Assembly (NCBI GenBank): GCA_964583985.1
Contig: CAZOYD010000006.1
Coordinates: 1 to 23,757, forward strand
Length of the DNA stretch: 23,757 nt
Reading direction: 5' to 3'
Source of the DNA: an uncultured archaeon
GTDB taxonomy: Archaea; Asgardarchaeota; Lokiarchaeia; Sigyniarchaeales; SOKP01
Shown: positions 10,146-18,981 of the stretch, piece after piece
How positions within the stretch are numbered: the stretch's first letter is position 1
How the letters are laid out: each line of letters starts with the position of its first letter
Notes under the pieces: generated by a model
Databases searched by the model: none
What the model was told of the DNA's origin: nothing
What the model saw: the letters and a program-made list of their open reading frames with translations, nothing else
Made by a program: the position numbers and the translations under genes

Positions 10146-10181
10146 TGAAAATTAAGTTAAATTTAATCAAAAAAAAATAAT

Positions 10182-11345
10182 TCAATAGGAAGTAAAAAGT
10201 CCCTTGAAACCTCTCGCTTTACTATCTATAGCTTGATGAGGACATACCTCTAAACAACATAAACATGATATGCAGCTCTTTTTATTAAATACGGGATATT
10301 CACCATTGATAAAATCGATGGCATGTGCAGGACAAACTTCTGCACACATTCCACATTTCTTACACTTCTTCTTCGTCATTATAGGGACTTTTTTTGTCAC
10401 CTTGTATACAAATCCACCAGTTATTAAACTCGCAAATTTGGTCTTGAACTTTCCAGGCGTCTTAAATTTAGGAGCTATTTTTTTTGCTTCTTCCAGTGAT
10501 GTGCCTACAATTTCTATGTTCTCAAGATCACCTATACCTAATTTCCTCCGATATGCAGATTTTAAATGAGGAACAAAATTTAACCCGTTATATTTTCCTA
10601 TAGCAAGCGCCACAACATCTAAAGCTAACTCATCTGTTCCCACCAAAATTAAATTCCATTCTTTCATTGGACCCGATACAGGACCCATTGAACCATACAT
10701 CACTTTTTCTAAATCGTAAATTGTCAATCGAAATGGTTTATTTTGAATTACCCAAGCATAATTATCTGCCAAAGTATCCCCAAACTGAGCAGGAGTTTTT
10801 CCTAACAGGTGAAATTTAGCTTTAAGTCCTCCAGGAATGATCCCCCAATAATTCTTGATAGCGCCTGTTATAGTCGCTTCTCCATGGGTTTTTAATTTCG
10901 GTAAATTAATTAATAAATCACAATCTTTTACCGCTTTTGAAACATAGTAATCTTTTAAAGAAATAGCACCATCAATTGTCTCATGGACAGGAACTTCCTT
11001 CTCAAAATCAATAAAATTTACCCCATATTTTTCTGCAACTTCATAAAGCCCTACCTTCTTTGCGATGTTAGATGCTGAAGTTTTGATTTGACCAGGTGAA
11101 TCTCCGATACTTACATTTTTCATATCTGTCCCTTTTTTCGTAAGGTAAGCTAACACTCCTTCAACAAAAGACGGTTGAGTGCAAGCATCGTTAGTTGCTC
11201 TTAATAAATTGGGTTTTAATAATATATTACTTAATTCTTGGAGGTTGAATTTGAAATCATCTTCAATGAGTTCAATCCCTTTAATAATTGCTTCTTGGAG
11301 ATTTTTAAATTCTTTTACATGAACAATACTAATTTTTGTAGTCAT
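10182..11345 (-). CDS. DUF362 domain protein with C-terminal 2x[4Fe-4S] ferredoxin
   Basis: LLKPNL, GDSPG and INLPKLKTH..ITGAIKNYWG motifs; CKKCGMCAEVCP and CISCLCCLEVCP. Confidence 0.93.
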   Translation of the reverse strand: MTTKISIVHVKEFKNLQEAIIKGIELIEDDFKFNLQELSNILLKPNLLRATNDACTQPSFVEGVLAYLTKKGTDMKNVSIGDSPGQIKTSASNIAKKVGLYEVAEKYGVNFIDFEKEVPVHETIDGAISLKDYYVSKAVKDCDLLINLPKLKTHGEATITGAIKNYWGIIPGGLKAKFHLLGKTPAQFGDTLADNYAWVIQNKPFRLTIYDLEKVMYGSMGPVSGPMKEWNLILVGTDELALDVVALAIGKYNGLNFVPHLKSAYRRKLGIGDLENIEIVGTSLEEAKKIAPKFKTPGKFKTKFASLITGGFVYKVTKKVPIMTKKKCKKCGMCAEVCPAHAIDFINGEYPVFNKKSCISCLCCLEVCPHQAIDSKARGFKGLFTSY

Positions 11346-11570
11346 ATATATCCTATAAAATATCTTTTTCTTTTAATAATATTCAAATGCATGATAATTT
11401 TAGTATTTATTTTCAGTAAAAATTAAAACAAAGTGAATTTTTGTTTTCGAATGATTTTTAAAAAGCTATTTTTATTATATTTATATTAACTTAATAAATC
11501 TTGAAAGGTAAAAGATAATAAGGAAACTATCTGACAAATACATTAATACTTTTAAGAAGGGATAATAGAA

Positions 11571-12125
11571 ATGCTTGAAGAACACGAAGAAAGAAGCGAT
11601 TTTATGTTCAAAATTTGTCTTTTCGGAGATGGAGGTGTAGGAAAAACTACATTAGTAAATCGCTATCTCACGGGAGTCTTTAAAACTGATAGTTCTATTA
11701 CGATCGGAGTAGATTTTCATATTAAAAAACTACGTGTGGAAGATTATTCCGTAACCTTACAGATCTGGGATTTTGCCGGAGAGGAAAGATTCCGTTTTCT
11801 CTTACAAAGCTATGTACTCGGGTCTTCTGGCGGAATTTTCATGTATGATATCACGAGATTTAGTAGCATGAAGAATTTTGCAGATTGGATTGAAATATTC
11901 AAACGAGGTTTTAGTGGAGATAGTAAGCAATTACCCGTAATCATGGTTGGTGGAAAATTGGATCTTCGATATAAAAGAGCTGTTTCGAGCAAAGACGCTT
12001 TTGAAATAGCAAAGCAGCACAATCTCTATGGATTTGTCGAATGTTCTTCTAAAGATGGTCAAAACATTGAAGAGATTTTCTATGAATTGGCAAAATTAAT
12101 GATGAAGCGGGCAAAAATCATATAA
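11571..12125 (+). CDS. Rab-like small GTPase (Ras superfamily)
   Basis: G1 GDGGVGKT, G2 TIGVDF, G3 WDFAGEERF, G4 GKLD, G5 SSK; no C-terminal prenylation Cys. Confidence 0.96.
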   Translation: MLEEHEERSDFMFKICLFGDGGVGKTTLVNRYLTGVFKTDSSITIGVDFHIKKLRVEDYSVTLQIWDFAGEERFRFLLQSYVLGSSGGIFMYDITRFSSMKNFADWIEIFKRGFSGDSKQLPVIMVGGKLDLRYKRAVSSKDAFEIAKQHNLYGFVECSSKDGQNIEEIFYELAKLMMKRAKII

Positions 12126-12160
12126 TATTTTTTGGTTAAAGAATTATCTAAATCTTTTCT

Positions 12161-12490
12161 CTATTTCATTTCTGCCTTGTTAATCAGTGTGAGCAAGTAT
12201 GAAGGGTGCAGATTTTTATTTGCTACATAGTAGTACTCTCGTTCCTCATTTTTTGATTTTTTATTAACCAATTCAAAAACTATGAAGTCTTGATTTACAT
12301 CTATATTGTATTTGTAGGAATAGATTATCATTGAATCTGATAAGTATTCAACTTGTTTATTTTGGGATTGTGCTGATTTGATCTCAGATGCTAGATCTTT
12401 GGTAAAAGCTTCATTTTTCTCTTCAAAAAAGAGTTCTATCTCTCCAATACAATCACGATTATCAATTTCATTTACTTTGGATTTTTCCAA
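12161..12490 (-). CDS. Hypothetical protein (109 aa)
   Basis: TTG start preceded by an SD-like GAGGTG; hydrophilic; no family recognised. Confidence 0.75.
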   Translation of the reverse strand: MEKSKVNEIDNRDCIGEIELFFEEKNEAFTKDLASEIKSAQSQNKQVEYLSDSMIIYSYKYNIDVNQDFIVFELVNKKSKNEEREYYYVANKNLHPSYLLTLINKAEMK

Positions 12491-12621
12491 TTTGAGAGCA
12501 CCTCTTAATTTTTTTAATATTCAATTATCATAAAAAATTTATTAATTATAAAAAAAAGTAAAAACCAATAAATCCGTGTCAATCAATAATACAATAAATG
12601 GTTATGGGAAAATTAGTTCTT

Positions 12622-13452
12622 CTATTCAAAAATAGCATCTAATTTTTCAATAACCATATTTGGAAAAAGATCACTATCGGTATTGGGATCCTTTTTTATA
12701 GCTTCCATCATTTCAGCTGAAGTTACTCCTGTTAAGACTAGTATGGTCATTACTCCTGCTCGGTTTCCCGCAATTATATCCGTATTCAAACGATCACCAA
12801 ACATTAAAGCGTGTTTTGGGGAAATATTATTATGCTGTAGAATTAATCGAATGCCTGTAGGGTGAGGTTTTCCAAATATAGTTATGGGCTTTATTCCCGT
12901 GCATATTTCTAACGCTTTTACCATTACACCTGCTCCTGGTAACATTCGATTTTTTACTGGCAACGTGGGATCATCATTCGTCGCGTAAAATTGCGCTTTC
13001 CCTTCCAATATACATCTCTGGGCCATTGCCAAATCGTGGTAGTTAAATTTTCTATCCAATCCAACAATCACAAAATCAACGTCGGAAAATTTTGATTCTG
13101 AACTAATAATTTTATGCCCTTTGGCTTTTAATTCTTCACGTAGCCCTATTTCACCAATTACAAATATATTCGAGTTTGGCTTAATCCGGGTAATTTCCTC
13201 TGAAGTAATAGAAGCACTCGTATAAAAATCAGAAGGACTACTTGAAATATTAAACTTTTTCAAAAGATCAGCATACATCTGCCGAGTTGCGGTTGAATTA
13301 TTTGAATTATAAGCAATCTTGATTGATAAATCTTTTAAACGTTGAACAATTTTATCTGCATTAGGAATTAATTCAGTTCCTCTGTAGATTACACCATCCA
13401 AATCAAAAATAGCAATTTCCGTCCCTTTCAATTCTTTAATTAATTGTGACAC
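12622..13452 (-). CDS. HAD-superfamily subfamily IIA hydrolase (NagD-like phosphatase)
   Basis: FDLDGVIY, SNNS, ATNDD, PGAG, GKP and GDRLNTDI motifs. GTG start with GAGGTGA SD. Confidence 0.95.
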   Translation of the reverse strand: MSQLIKELKGTEIAIFDLDGVIYRGTELIPNADKIVQRLKDLSIKIAYNSNNSTATRQMYADLLKKFNISSSPSDFYTSASITSEEITRIKPNSNIFVIGEIGLREELKAKGHKIISSESKFSDVDFVIVGLDRKFNYHDLAMAQRCILEGKAQFYATNDDPTLPVKNRMLPGAGVMVKALEICTGIKPITIFGKPHPTGIRLILQHNNISPKHALMFGDRLNTDIIAGNRAGVMTILVLTGVTSAEMMEAIKKDPNTDSDLFPNMVIEKLDAIFE

Positions 13453-13512
13453 GGTTAAAAATTCACCTCATTCACTATTTAGAAATGTTTAATTATATTT
13501 GAAATAATTGCA

Positions 13513-14649
13513 TTACCATCCCACAGGCAATTGTAAAATTGCAATGGAAAATTGAATCCCAATAGGAATTAGAATAGGATTTAGTATATTATCAGCAGTA
13601 TACGTAGGATAGTAATCCGTAAAGAAAAATATAGCAGCTCCAATAAATGCGTAGATAGGGCCAACAAAAATCAATCCTATAGTATATGCAACTACAACTC
13701 CTGCTATAAATCCTTCAATCGATTTTGTTTCTTTACTCCTTACTTTGACTTTATGCTTCCCAAAAGATCGCCCTACTAAAGCAGCGGCAGCATCAGACAA
13801 ACAAGCGATAAGTACGCCTGCAAAATAAGCGGAGATATTAAGTAATCCCATCATGTATAACATGAAAGATAAAATGAAACCCACCATGATATAAATGTGT
13901 GGTCCCGCAGCATTTCTTTCCTTCTCTCTTAACATTGAATGCGTTATAAAGTTGAAGAGTGAATATTCTGGTCCCCAAAGTATGCGAAATATATCAGAAA
14001 TGATTGCAAATATGAGAGAACCAATTAAAGCCATCATAGTCAAACCTACTATAGCTTGAGGATCTCCGACCGTATATGGATACAATGATATAGGACCCCA
14101 CAGAACGTTATAAGCAATTCCAATATTATTTATCATTACGATTATAGCGTCATTTATTAGTTGAGTGATAGGAGGAATGAATATAAAACCATAATAGGCA
14201 ATCAAAATTAAAATACCTGATAAATGGAATGATTTCCTTATTATTTCCATTCTAATTGAAATCTCTTTCGCATATGGATCATGTTGATTCATCCTGATTA
14301 TGTATCTCCTAAGATGTGATGTACCTTGCTCTTCATCCATTCCTAGATCGGTTATCATTCCTTTTATATACCGTTTACTAATAGTTGCGAAAATTATGTT
14401 TAAGGTCAGGATCATGCCTATCCACCATACCATGTAGCCATTATATGGAAATGGAAAAAATGAAGCAAGTGAATTATAATAACCAAAAATTATGAAACAG
14501 ACACCACACACTGTCGTAGAAATAGCACCATAGTGGTTCTTTGCTCTCAATCCCTTAGTGGCAATATAAAACATTATAAACCCCAAGATGAAGAAAGAAA
14601 ATGATAGAGTCGTATTATACAATCCCGCAACGATATCCCAGAAATCCAT
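13513..14649 (-). CDS. CTP-dependent dolichol/phytol/diacylglycerol kinase family membrane protein with N-terminal TM extension
   Basis: RKSFHL, LREKE, SDAAAALVGRSFGKHK...KSIEGFIAG and DNILNP motifs of the SEC59/DGK1/VTE5 group; about three extra N-terminal TM helices. Confidence 0.87.
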   Translation of the reverse strand: MDFWDIVAGLYNTTLSFSFFILGFIMFYIATKGLRAKNHYGAISTTVCGVCFIIFGYYNSLASFFPFPYNGYMVWWIGMILTLNIIFATISKRYIKGMITDLGMDEEQGTSHLRRYIIRMNQHDPYAKEISIRMEIIRKSFHLSGILILIAYYGFIFIPPITQLINDAIIVMINNIGIAYNVLWGPISLYPYTVGDPQAIVGLTMMALIGSLIFAIISDIFRILWGPEYSLFNFITHSMLREKERNAAGPHIYIMVGFILSFMLYMMGLLNISAYFAGVLIACLSDAAAALVGRSFGKHKVKVRSKETKSIEGFIAGVVVAYTIGLIFVGPIYAFIGAAIFFFTDYYPTYTADNILNPILIPIGIQFSIAILQLPVGW

Positions 14650-14735
14650 AATATTAAAGATCTAATGTATTATTGATTATAGTAATAATAATAAATTGAT
14701 TAATTATTCTTAGCTTTCCTTTTATTTAATTATAA

Positions 14736-14751
14736 TGTCAATCGTTTGACA
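14736..14751. promoter_or_regulatory. Inverted repeat TGTCAA-N4-TTGACA, candidate transcription-factor site
   Basis: Near-perfect 16-bp palindrome in the middle of a divergent intergenic region. Confidence 0.35.
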
Positions 14752-14845
14752 ATCAAAAAAACTCAATGATTAATTTTCATAGCAAATATGTAAAAATAAA
14801 GATTCATTTAAAATATCTATAAATGGCTATAATTGAAGGAGAATT

Positions 14846-16438
14846 ATGGAACTAAATGAAATATTTGCCCGATATTCAAAAATGATGACTTTCAAACAAT
14901 TGTTTCTGAGAGATATCGCCATCTCAAGATTCAGATTTCTATATTTTGTAATTTCATTCGTATTTTCCTCAATTTCAATTAACTTCATAGTGGCTTATGT
15001 AATTAATTTCAATCCAGAAGATGTTTTACATGATGTGATTAGCTCGACTATTGTCTTCACGATTATCGTTAGTCTCGTTATTGGAGGCTTTATTGTAGAC
15101 TCTTTTAAAGATAGAGTGAGACTCCTGATAATTTCTGCGGTTTGTGTCCTTATTGGAATGTTTCTCATTTTTCTGGATGCTATTTTCGGTATATTTGGCT
15201 TTATATGTATTACATTTTTCACTGGTATCTTTTTAATTGATTTAATTACCATTGTTATACATGAATCAAACATCCTCAACCGTGGGAGACTGTTTGGGTA
15301 TTTATTCTTCTTATCATTTATAGCGTCACATATAATTGTATCACTGTCCTTCAATTTTGTTCTCATAATGCTGATTTTTGAGATCGCATTAACAATCAGC
15401 TTAATTTGGATATCTAAATATTATACTTATAAGGAAACACGAGATAGATTAAAGTCTGAAAAGAAATTCATTGATGTCATATCCGGATCCTTGCATATTG
15501 CTGGTTATATGATTGCTTTATTTGCATTGGCAATTTCGCTAGGAAATTCTTTCCCAATTGAATCTGGATTTAATGTTATCACTCCATTATTCATTTTCTT
15601 TTTTATCAGCTCATTTTTAATAATCGGAGTCTTTTTGGACAATTTAGGGCGTAAATGGACGGTTGCAGCTGGGATTTTGTTCATTTCATCCATTATTCTT
15701 TTTTCAGGAGTAATAGACAATGAAGAAATCTTCGCATCAATATTTTTCGGAATTTCAATTCCAATTTCATTCATGATTATCTTTACATTTTCCGGTGATT
15801 TTTCTACGGAGAGAAATACAATTCGATTTAGAGGAAGATTAACCTGTAGTTTCTTCTCAATCTTCTTCGGGGGATTTGGTGTTGGCATCCTTTTCAATTT
15901 CCTACTCTCACAAAATTTCATCAAAAATCCCGTTTTTTTCTATTGGATACCTGCTTTACTAAATGGACTTAGTCCCTTTATCTTGATTGTTATCTTGGTC
16001 TGGATATTACCATTACCAGAGATTTTAACTGCAAAAGAAGCAGATTGGAAAGATTCATTGAGAAATCTTTATGTATTTAATAACGCAGTGTGCTTATTCG
16101 CTCAAAAATTTACCACCGAATCTGAAAATGATAACTTGCCAAATGAGGATCTAATTACGGGAGGATTTTCTGGTATACTGAACTTGTTATGTGAGATTAC
16201 AAATGAACACAAACATTTGCGGATTATAGATAAAGAAGGTGCAAAAATCTATTTTACTTATGGTAAACACGTAATCGTCGCTCTGGTATCAACCAAGAAT
16301 TTACCCATTCTTTCCAAAAAACTAGAAATGTTCATGAAAGATTTTGAAAAAAAATATGAAAAAGATCTTGTCAATTTTAAAGGTAAAATTAACATTTTTA
16401 AAGATGCAAGCGAGCTAATTTTAAAGTATTTTAAATGA
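14846..16438 (+). CDS. MFS-fold membrane protein fused to a C-terminal longin-like domain
   Basis: About 12 TM with motif A-like GGFIVDSFKDR and GVFLDNLGRK, plus NRGR/FRGR loops. The last ~125 aa are soluble with longin-like order (LYVF, CLF, DLITGGFSGI helix, three strands, F...FEKKY helix, final helix). Confidence 0.82.
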   Translation: MELNEIFARYSKMMTFKQLFLRDIAISRFRFLYFVISFVFSSISINFIVAYVINFNPEDVLHDVISSTIVFTIIVSLVIGGFIVDSFKDRVRLLIISAVCVLIGMFLIFLDAIFGIFGFICITFFTGIFLIDLITIVIHESNILNRGRLFGYLFFLSFIASHIIVSLSFNFVLIMLIFEIALTISLIWISKYYTYKETRDRLKSEKKFIDVISGSLHIAGYMIALFALAISLGNSFPIESGFNVITPLFIFFFISSFLIIGVFLDNLGRKWTVAAGILFISSIILFSGVIDNEEIFASIFFGISIPISFMIIFTFSGDFSTERNTIRFRGRLTCSFFSIFFGGFGVGILFNFLLSQNFIKNPVFFYWIPALLNGLSPFILIVILVWILPLPEILTAKEADWKDSLRNLYVFNNAVCLFAQKFTTESENDNLPNEDLITGGFSGILNLLCEITNEHKHLRIIDKEGAKIYFTYGKHVIVALVSTKNLPILSKKLEMFMKDFEKKYEKDLVNFKGKINIFKDASELILKYFK

Positions 16439-16496
16439 TCTAAAGAGAATGGTGGAATAATCATATTGGAAATTGACTATAATTAACTTAAAAGAA

Positions 16497-16874
16497 TTAT
16501 ATTAGTTTTGAGATTTTTTCGCACGTTCTTCGGCAATCCAATAAAATGAGTCCAAGACGTACTTCAGAAGTGGTCGAAACTGTGAGGACCGCGTTCGGAC
16601 CGGCTTGTAGGATGAGGAGATAGCCTGAGCTTCCTTTGACATATAATTGATCGAAATCTCCTTTCGCCATTTCGATAATGGCCCTTTCGGATAAGGAGAG
16701 TAATGCTGCGGTCATAGCCGCAATTCTTGTTTCGTCTACACCTTGCGGTAGCGCAGATGCGATTGGCAATCCTTCAGCAGACACGATTGCTGCAGCTTTA
16801 ACTTCTGGAATTGCTCCTAAGAGTTTTTTGAGAAGGTCATCTAGGGTTTCGGGAGTATTAGGATCCATGATCAT
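16497..16874 (-). CDS. Roadblock/LC7 domain protein (MglB-like)
   Basis: AAAIVSAEGLPIAS, IAAMTAALLSLSER, GDFDQLYVKGSSG and LGLILLD: a canonical MglB/roadblock pattern. Confidence 0.95.
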   Translation of the reverse strand: MIMDPNTPETLDDLLKKLLGAIPEVKAAAIVSAEGLPIASALPQGVDETRIAAMTAALLSLSERAIIEMAKGDFDQLYVKGSSGYLLILQAGPNAVLTVSTTSEVRLGLILLDCRRTCEKISKLI

Positions 16875-17250
16875 TCGCGTATTTAAATTAATTTCAAATT
16901 ATTAGATAAATAAGATAGTATATACTAATATTAAATGTAGTTCCTAAATATTTATTTTTTTTTATTTGTCTGAGTTATTTTTATAAAAATATAGTTGATT
17001 ACATCTTTAATAATTTTTGTAATATCCATGTAAGCATTCATCATTGAGCATGGTAATCTAACGAGTATGATTTTATAAAAATTTGCTTTGATCGGTATTC
17101 TATCCTCGAACTATAAAATTTCAAATTATGAAAGAGATATTTGATTTTTTTATCTTAAATCAATTTAAGCGATATTAAAATCACAAATTATTAATTCTAT
17201 CGTTCATTTTATTGGTCATCAATAACCATCTACTTTATGGGTGTGCAGCT

Positions 17251-17835
17251 ATTTTTACACTTTATCATCTATCATCAAAATGTGAAATCCCGCCGTTCTT
17301 ATTTGACCAACCAAAAGAAGTTAGTGCACGTATAATTTTATCTGAGGATTATGAAGGAATAATCACGCGTGATTATGGATTTATTATAGCAATAGTAGAC
17401 GTGATTAACGTAGGTCCGGGGATTATTATTCCAGGCAATGCAAATACGTTTCATGAAGTTGAATTTTCAGTTCTGACCTTCAAACCTGTGATTGGAGAAG
17501 TGGTTGAAGGAGAAGTGGTTGAAATTGTAGACTTTGGGGCTTTCATTCGACTCGGTCCCTTGGATGGATTAGTGCATGTGTCTCAAATATGCGATGACTA
17601 TATCTCTTATGAACAAGTTGGAAATAGATTTATTGGCAAGGAAACGGGAAAAATTCTTGAGGTTAATGATTCAGTTAGAGCAAAGATTATTGCTGTTTCG
17701 ATGGGTACAGGAAGAAGCGGTAAATTAGGGTTAACGATGCGACAGAAGTTTCTGGGAAAACCAGAATGGATTGAAACGGACGTTGAATCCGAATACTCCG
17801 AACCACAATCCCCAGAAGATGATGGTGAATCATAA
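17251..17835 (+). CDS. rpoE1: DNA-directed RNA polymerase subunit E' (Rpo7)
   Basis: EIPP, G.IIPG and FKP.IGEVVEGEVVEIVDFGAFIRLGPLDGLVHVSQI.DD (S1 domain), GLTMRQ..LGK.EWI. Start placed at ATT 17251 by alignment and SD; alternative TTG 17212. Confidence 0.97.
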   Translation: MFTLYHLSSKCEIPPFLFDQPKEVSARIILSEDYEGIITRDYGFIIAIVDVINVGPGIIIPGNANTFHEVEFSVLTFKPVIGEVVEGEVVEIVDFGAFIRLGPLDGLVHVSQICDDYISYEQVGNRFIGKETGKILEVNDSVRAKIIAVSMGTGRSGKLGLTMRQKFLGKPEWIETDVESEYSEPQSPEDDGES

Positions 17836-17858
17836 ATTATTTTCGTGGTGACGTAAAT

Positions 17859-18047
17859 TTGAAAGAAAGAGCATGTAAGAATTGTCATTTAATAACCAAG
17901 AATGAAAGTATTTGTCCAAAATGCAAAACCCATACCTTGAGTGAAGATTTTACTGGAGAAGTAATAATTATTAAGCCAAATGAGTCAAAATTTGCTGAAT
18001 ATCTAAAGATTCATTATCCTGGAAAATATGCCTTAAGAGTTAGGTAA
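17859..18047 (+). CDS. spt4: Transcription elongation factor Spt4 (RpoE'')
   Basis: ACKNCH...CPKC...LSEDFTGEVIII.P..S..A...PGKYALRVR. TTG start with GGTGA SD; directly after rpoE'. Confidence 0.97.
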   Translation: MKERACKNCHLITKNESICPKCKTHTLSEDFTGEVIIIKPNESKFAEYLKIHYPGKYALRVR

Positions 18048-18107
18048 TGCTATGACATATTTCTACCTATTTTTCAGATTATGCATAATCAATCACGAGT
18101 TTGCATC

Positions 18108-18689
18108 ATGAGTGATAAATTAAAAATTAACTCTAACCAGCGTCAAAAATATTCTCAACCTTTGGGTGATTTGATCGCTGGAACACGTCTTGAAACAATT
18201 CCAAGAGTTATTGAAATTCTTAAAAACGTTAAATCTAAAATTCAGATCTACTTGGTGGGAGATATTGTGACAAAAGATTTCTTGAATAATCCGTTCTTAA
18301 AAGACCTAATTCAAATTTCAATCATTGATGAAAAAACAAAGAGGGAATCCATCAACGCAGATTTTGAGAGTTTTTTTGAGGAGATTATTGAATTTGAAAA
18401 CCCTGAGGGCACTATAAATCCTGATAGTTTCGATCTTCTAAAAAAGATATCCGTAACCGAAAAAAGAACTCTTTTAAAAATTATTCGGGGTGAAGAAGAT
18501 TTATTAGTCCTACCACTAACTCTCGTTCTTCCGCTTTCAAAAACGAGTAAAAGATACATATTTTATGGACAACCTCCCATTACAGATCGGAAGCCTCCTC
18601 TTCCAGAAGGTATTGTAATGGTGGAATTGAATCGACACGTGAAAAAATTAGTTTCTCGTTTAATTGCTATAATGCAAAATAAAACGTGA
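18108..18689 (+). CDS. GTP-dependent dephospho-CoA kinase (DUF359 family)
   Basis: PLG, VGDIVT, IIDEKTKR, NPEGTI, GEEDLLVLP and YGQP motifs; conserved position after spt4. Alternative start at 18081. Confidence 0.92.
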   Translation: MSDKLKINSNQRQKYSQPLGDLIAGTRLETIPRVIEILKNVKSKIQIYLVGDIVTKDFLNNPFLKDLIQISIIDEKTKRESINADFESFFEEIIEFENPEGTINPDSFDLLKKISVTEKRTLLKIIRGEEDLLVLPLTLVLPLSKTSKRYIFYGQPPITDRKPPLPEGIVMVELNRHVKKLVSRLIAIMQNKT

Positions 18690-18701
18690 TCCATGATGTT
18701 A

Positions 18702-18905
18702 TTATCTATTTTGTTTACTATACAAGTTAATCGTTAACAAGAACAATATTAACCAAGAAATTATCGTGAAGATTACCACAAAATAATAAAAACCGATAAT
18801 GATGTTTTTTAACCATAGTATGAAGAAAATAATTACAATTAATAAGCTCATTTCAATAATTAATAGTGCAATAGTGACCTTCTTTTCATTCTTAAAATAT
18901 CCCAT
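18702..18905 (-). CDS. Small two-TM membrane protein
   Basis: 67 aa ATG-started ORF with two hydrophobic helices, filling the gap between DUF359 and rps24e. Confidence 0.55.
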   Translation of the reverse strand: MGYFKNEKKVTIALLIIEMSLLIVIIFFILWLKNIIIGFYYFVVIFTIISWLILFLLTINLYSKQNR

Positions 18906-18961
18906 GATTTACACTAAAAAACCAAAATTTTATTTTTTATACTACTTTAATCATCAATATC

Positions 18962-18981
18962 AAAGATTAATCTTTAATATA
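18962..18981 (+). promoter_or_regulatory. Palindrome AAAGATTAATCTTT overlapping a TATA-like TTTAATATA upstream of rps24e
   Basis: Perfect 14-bp palindrome at 18962-18975; TATA-like element about 40 nt before the ATG at 19021. Confidence 0.35.

Noticed and set aside
16976-16991. 16-bp palindrome TATTTTTATAAAAATA
   Set aside because: Pure A/T in an AT-rich spacer; best explained as TATA-like sequence or chance.
17025-17053. Box C-like ATGATGA on the minus strand inside a CCATG/CATGG inverted repeat, as a possible C/D sRNA
   Set aside because: No box D (CTGA) at a suitable distance downstream.
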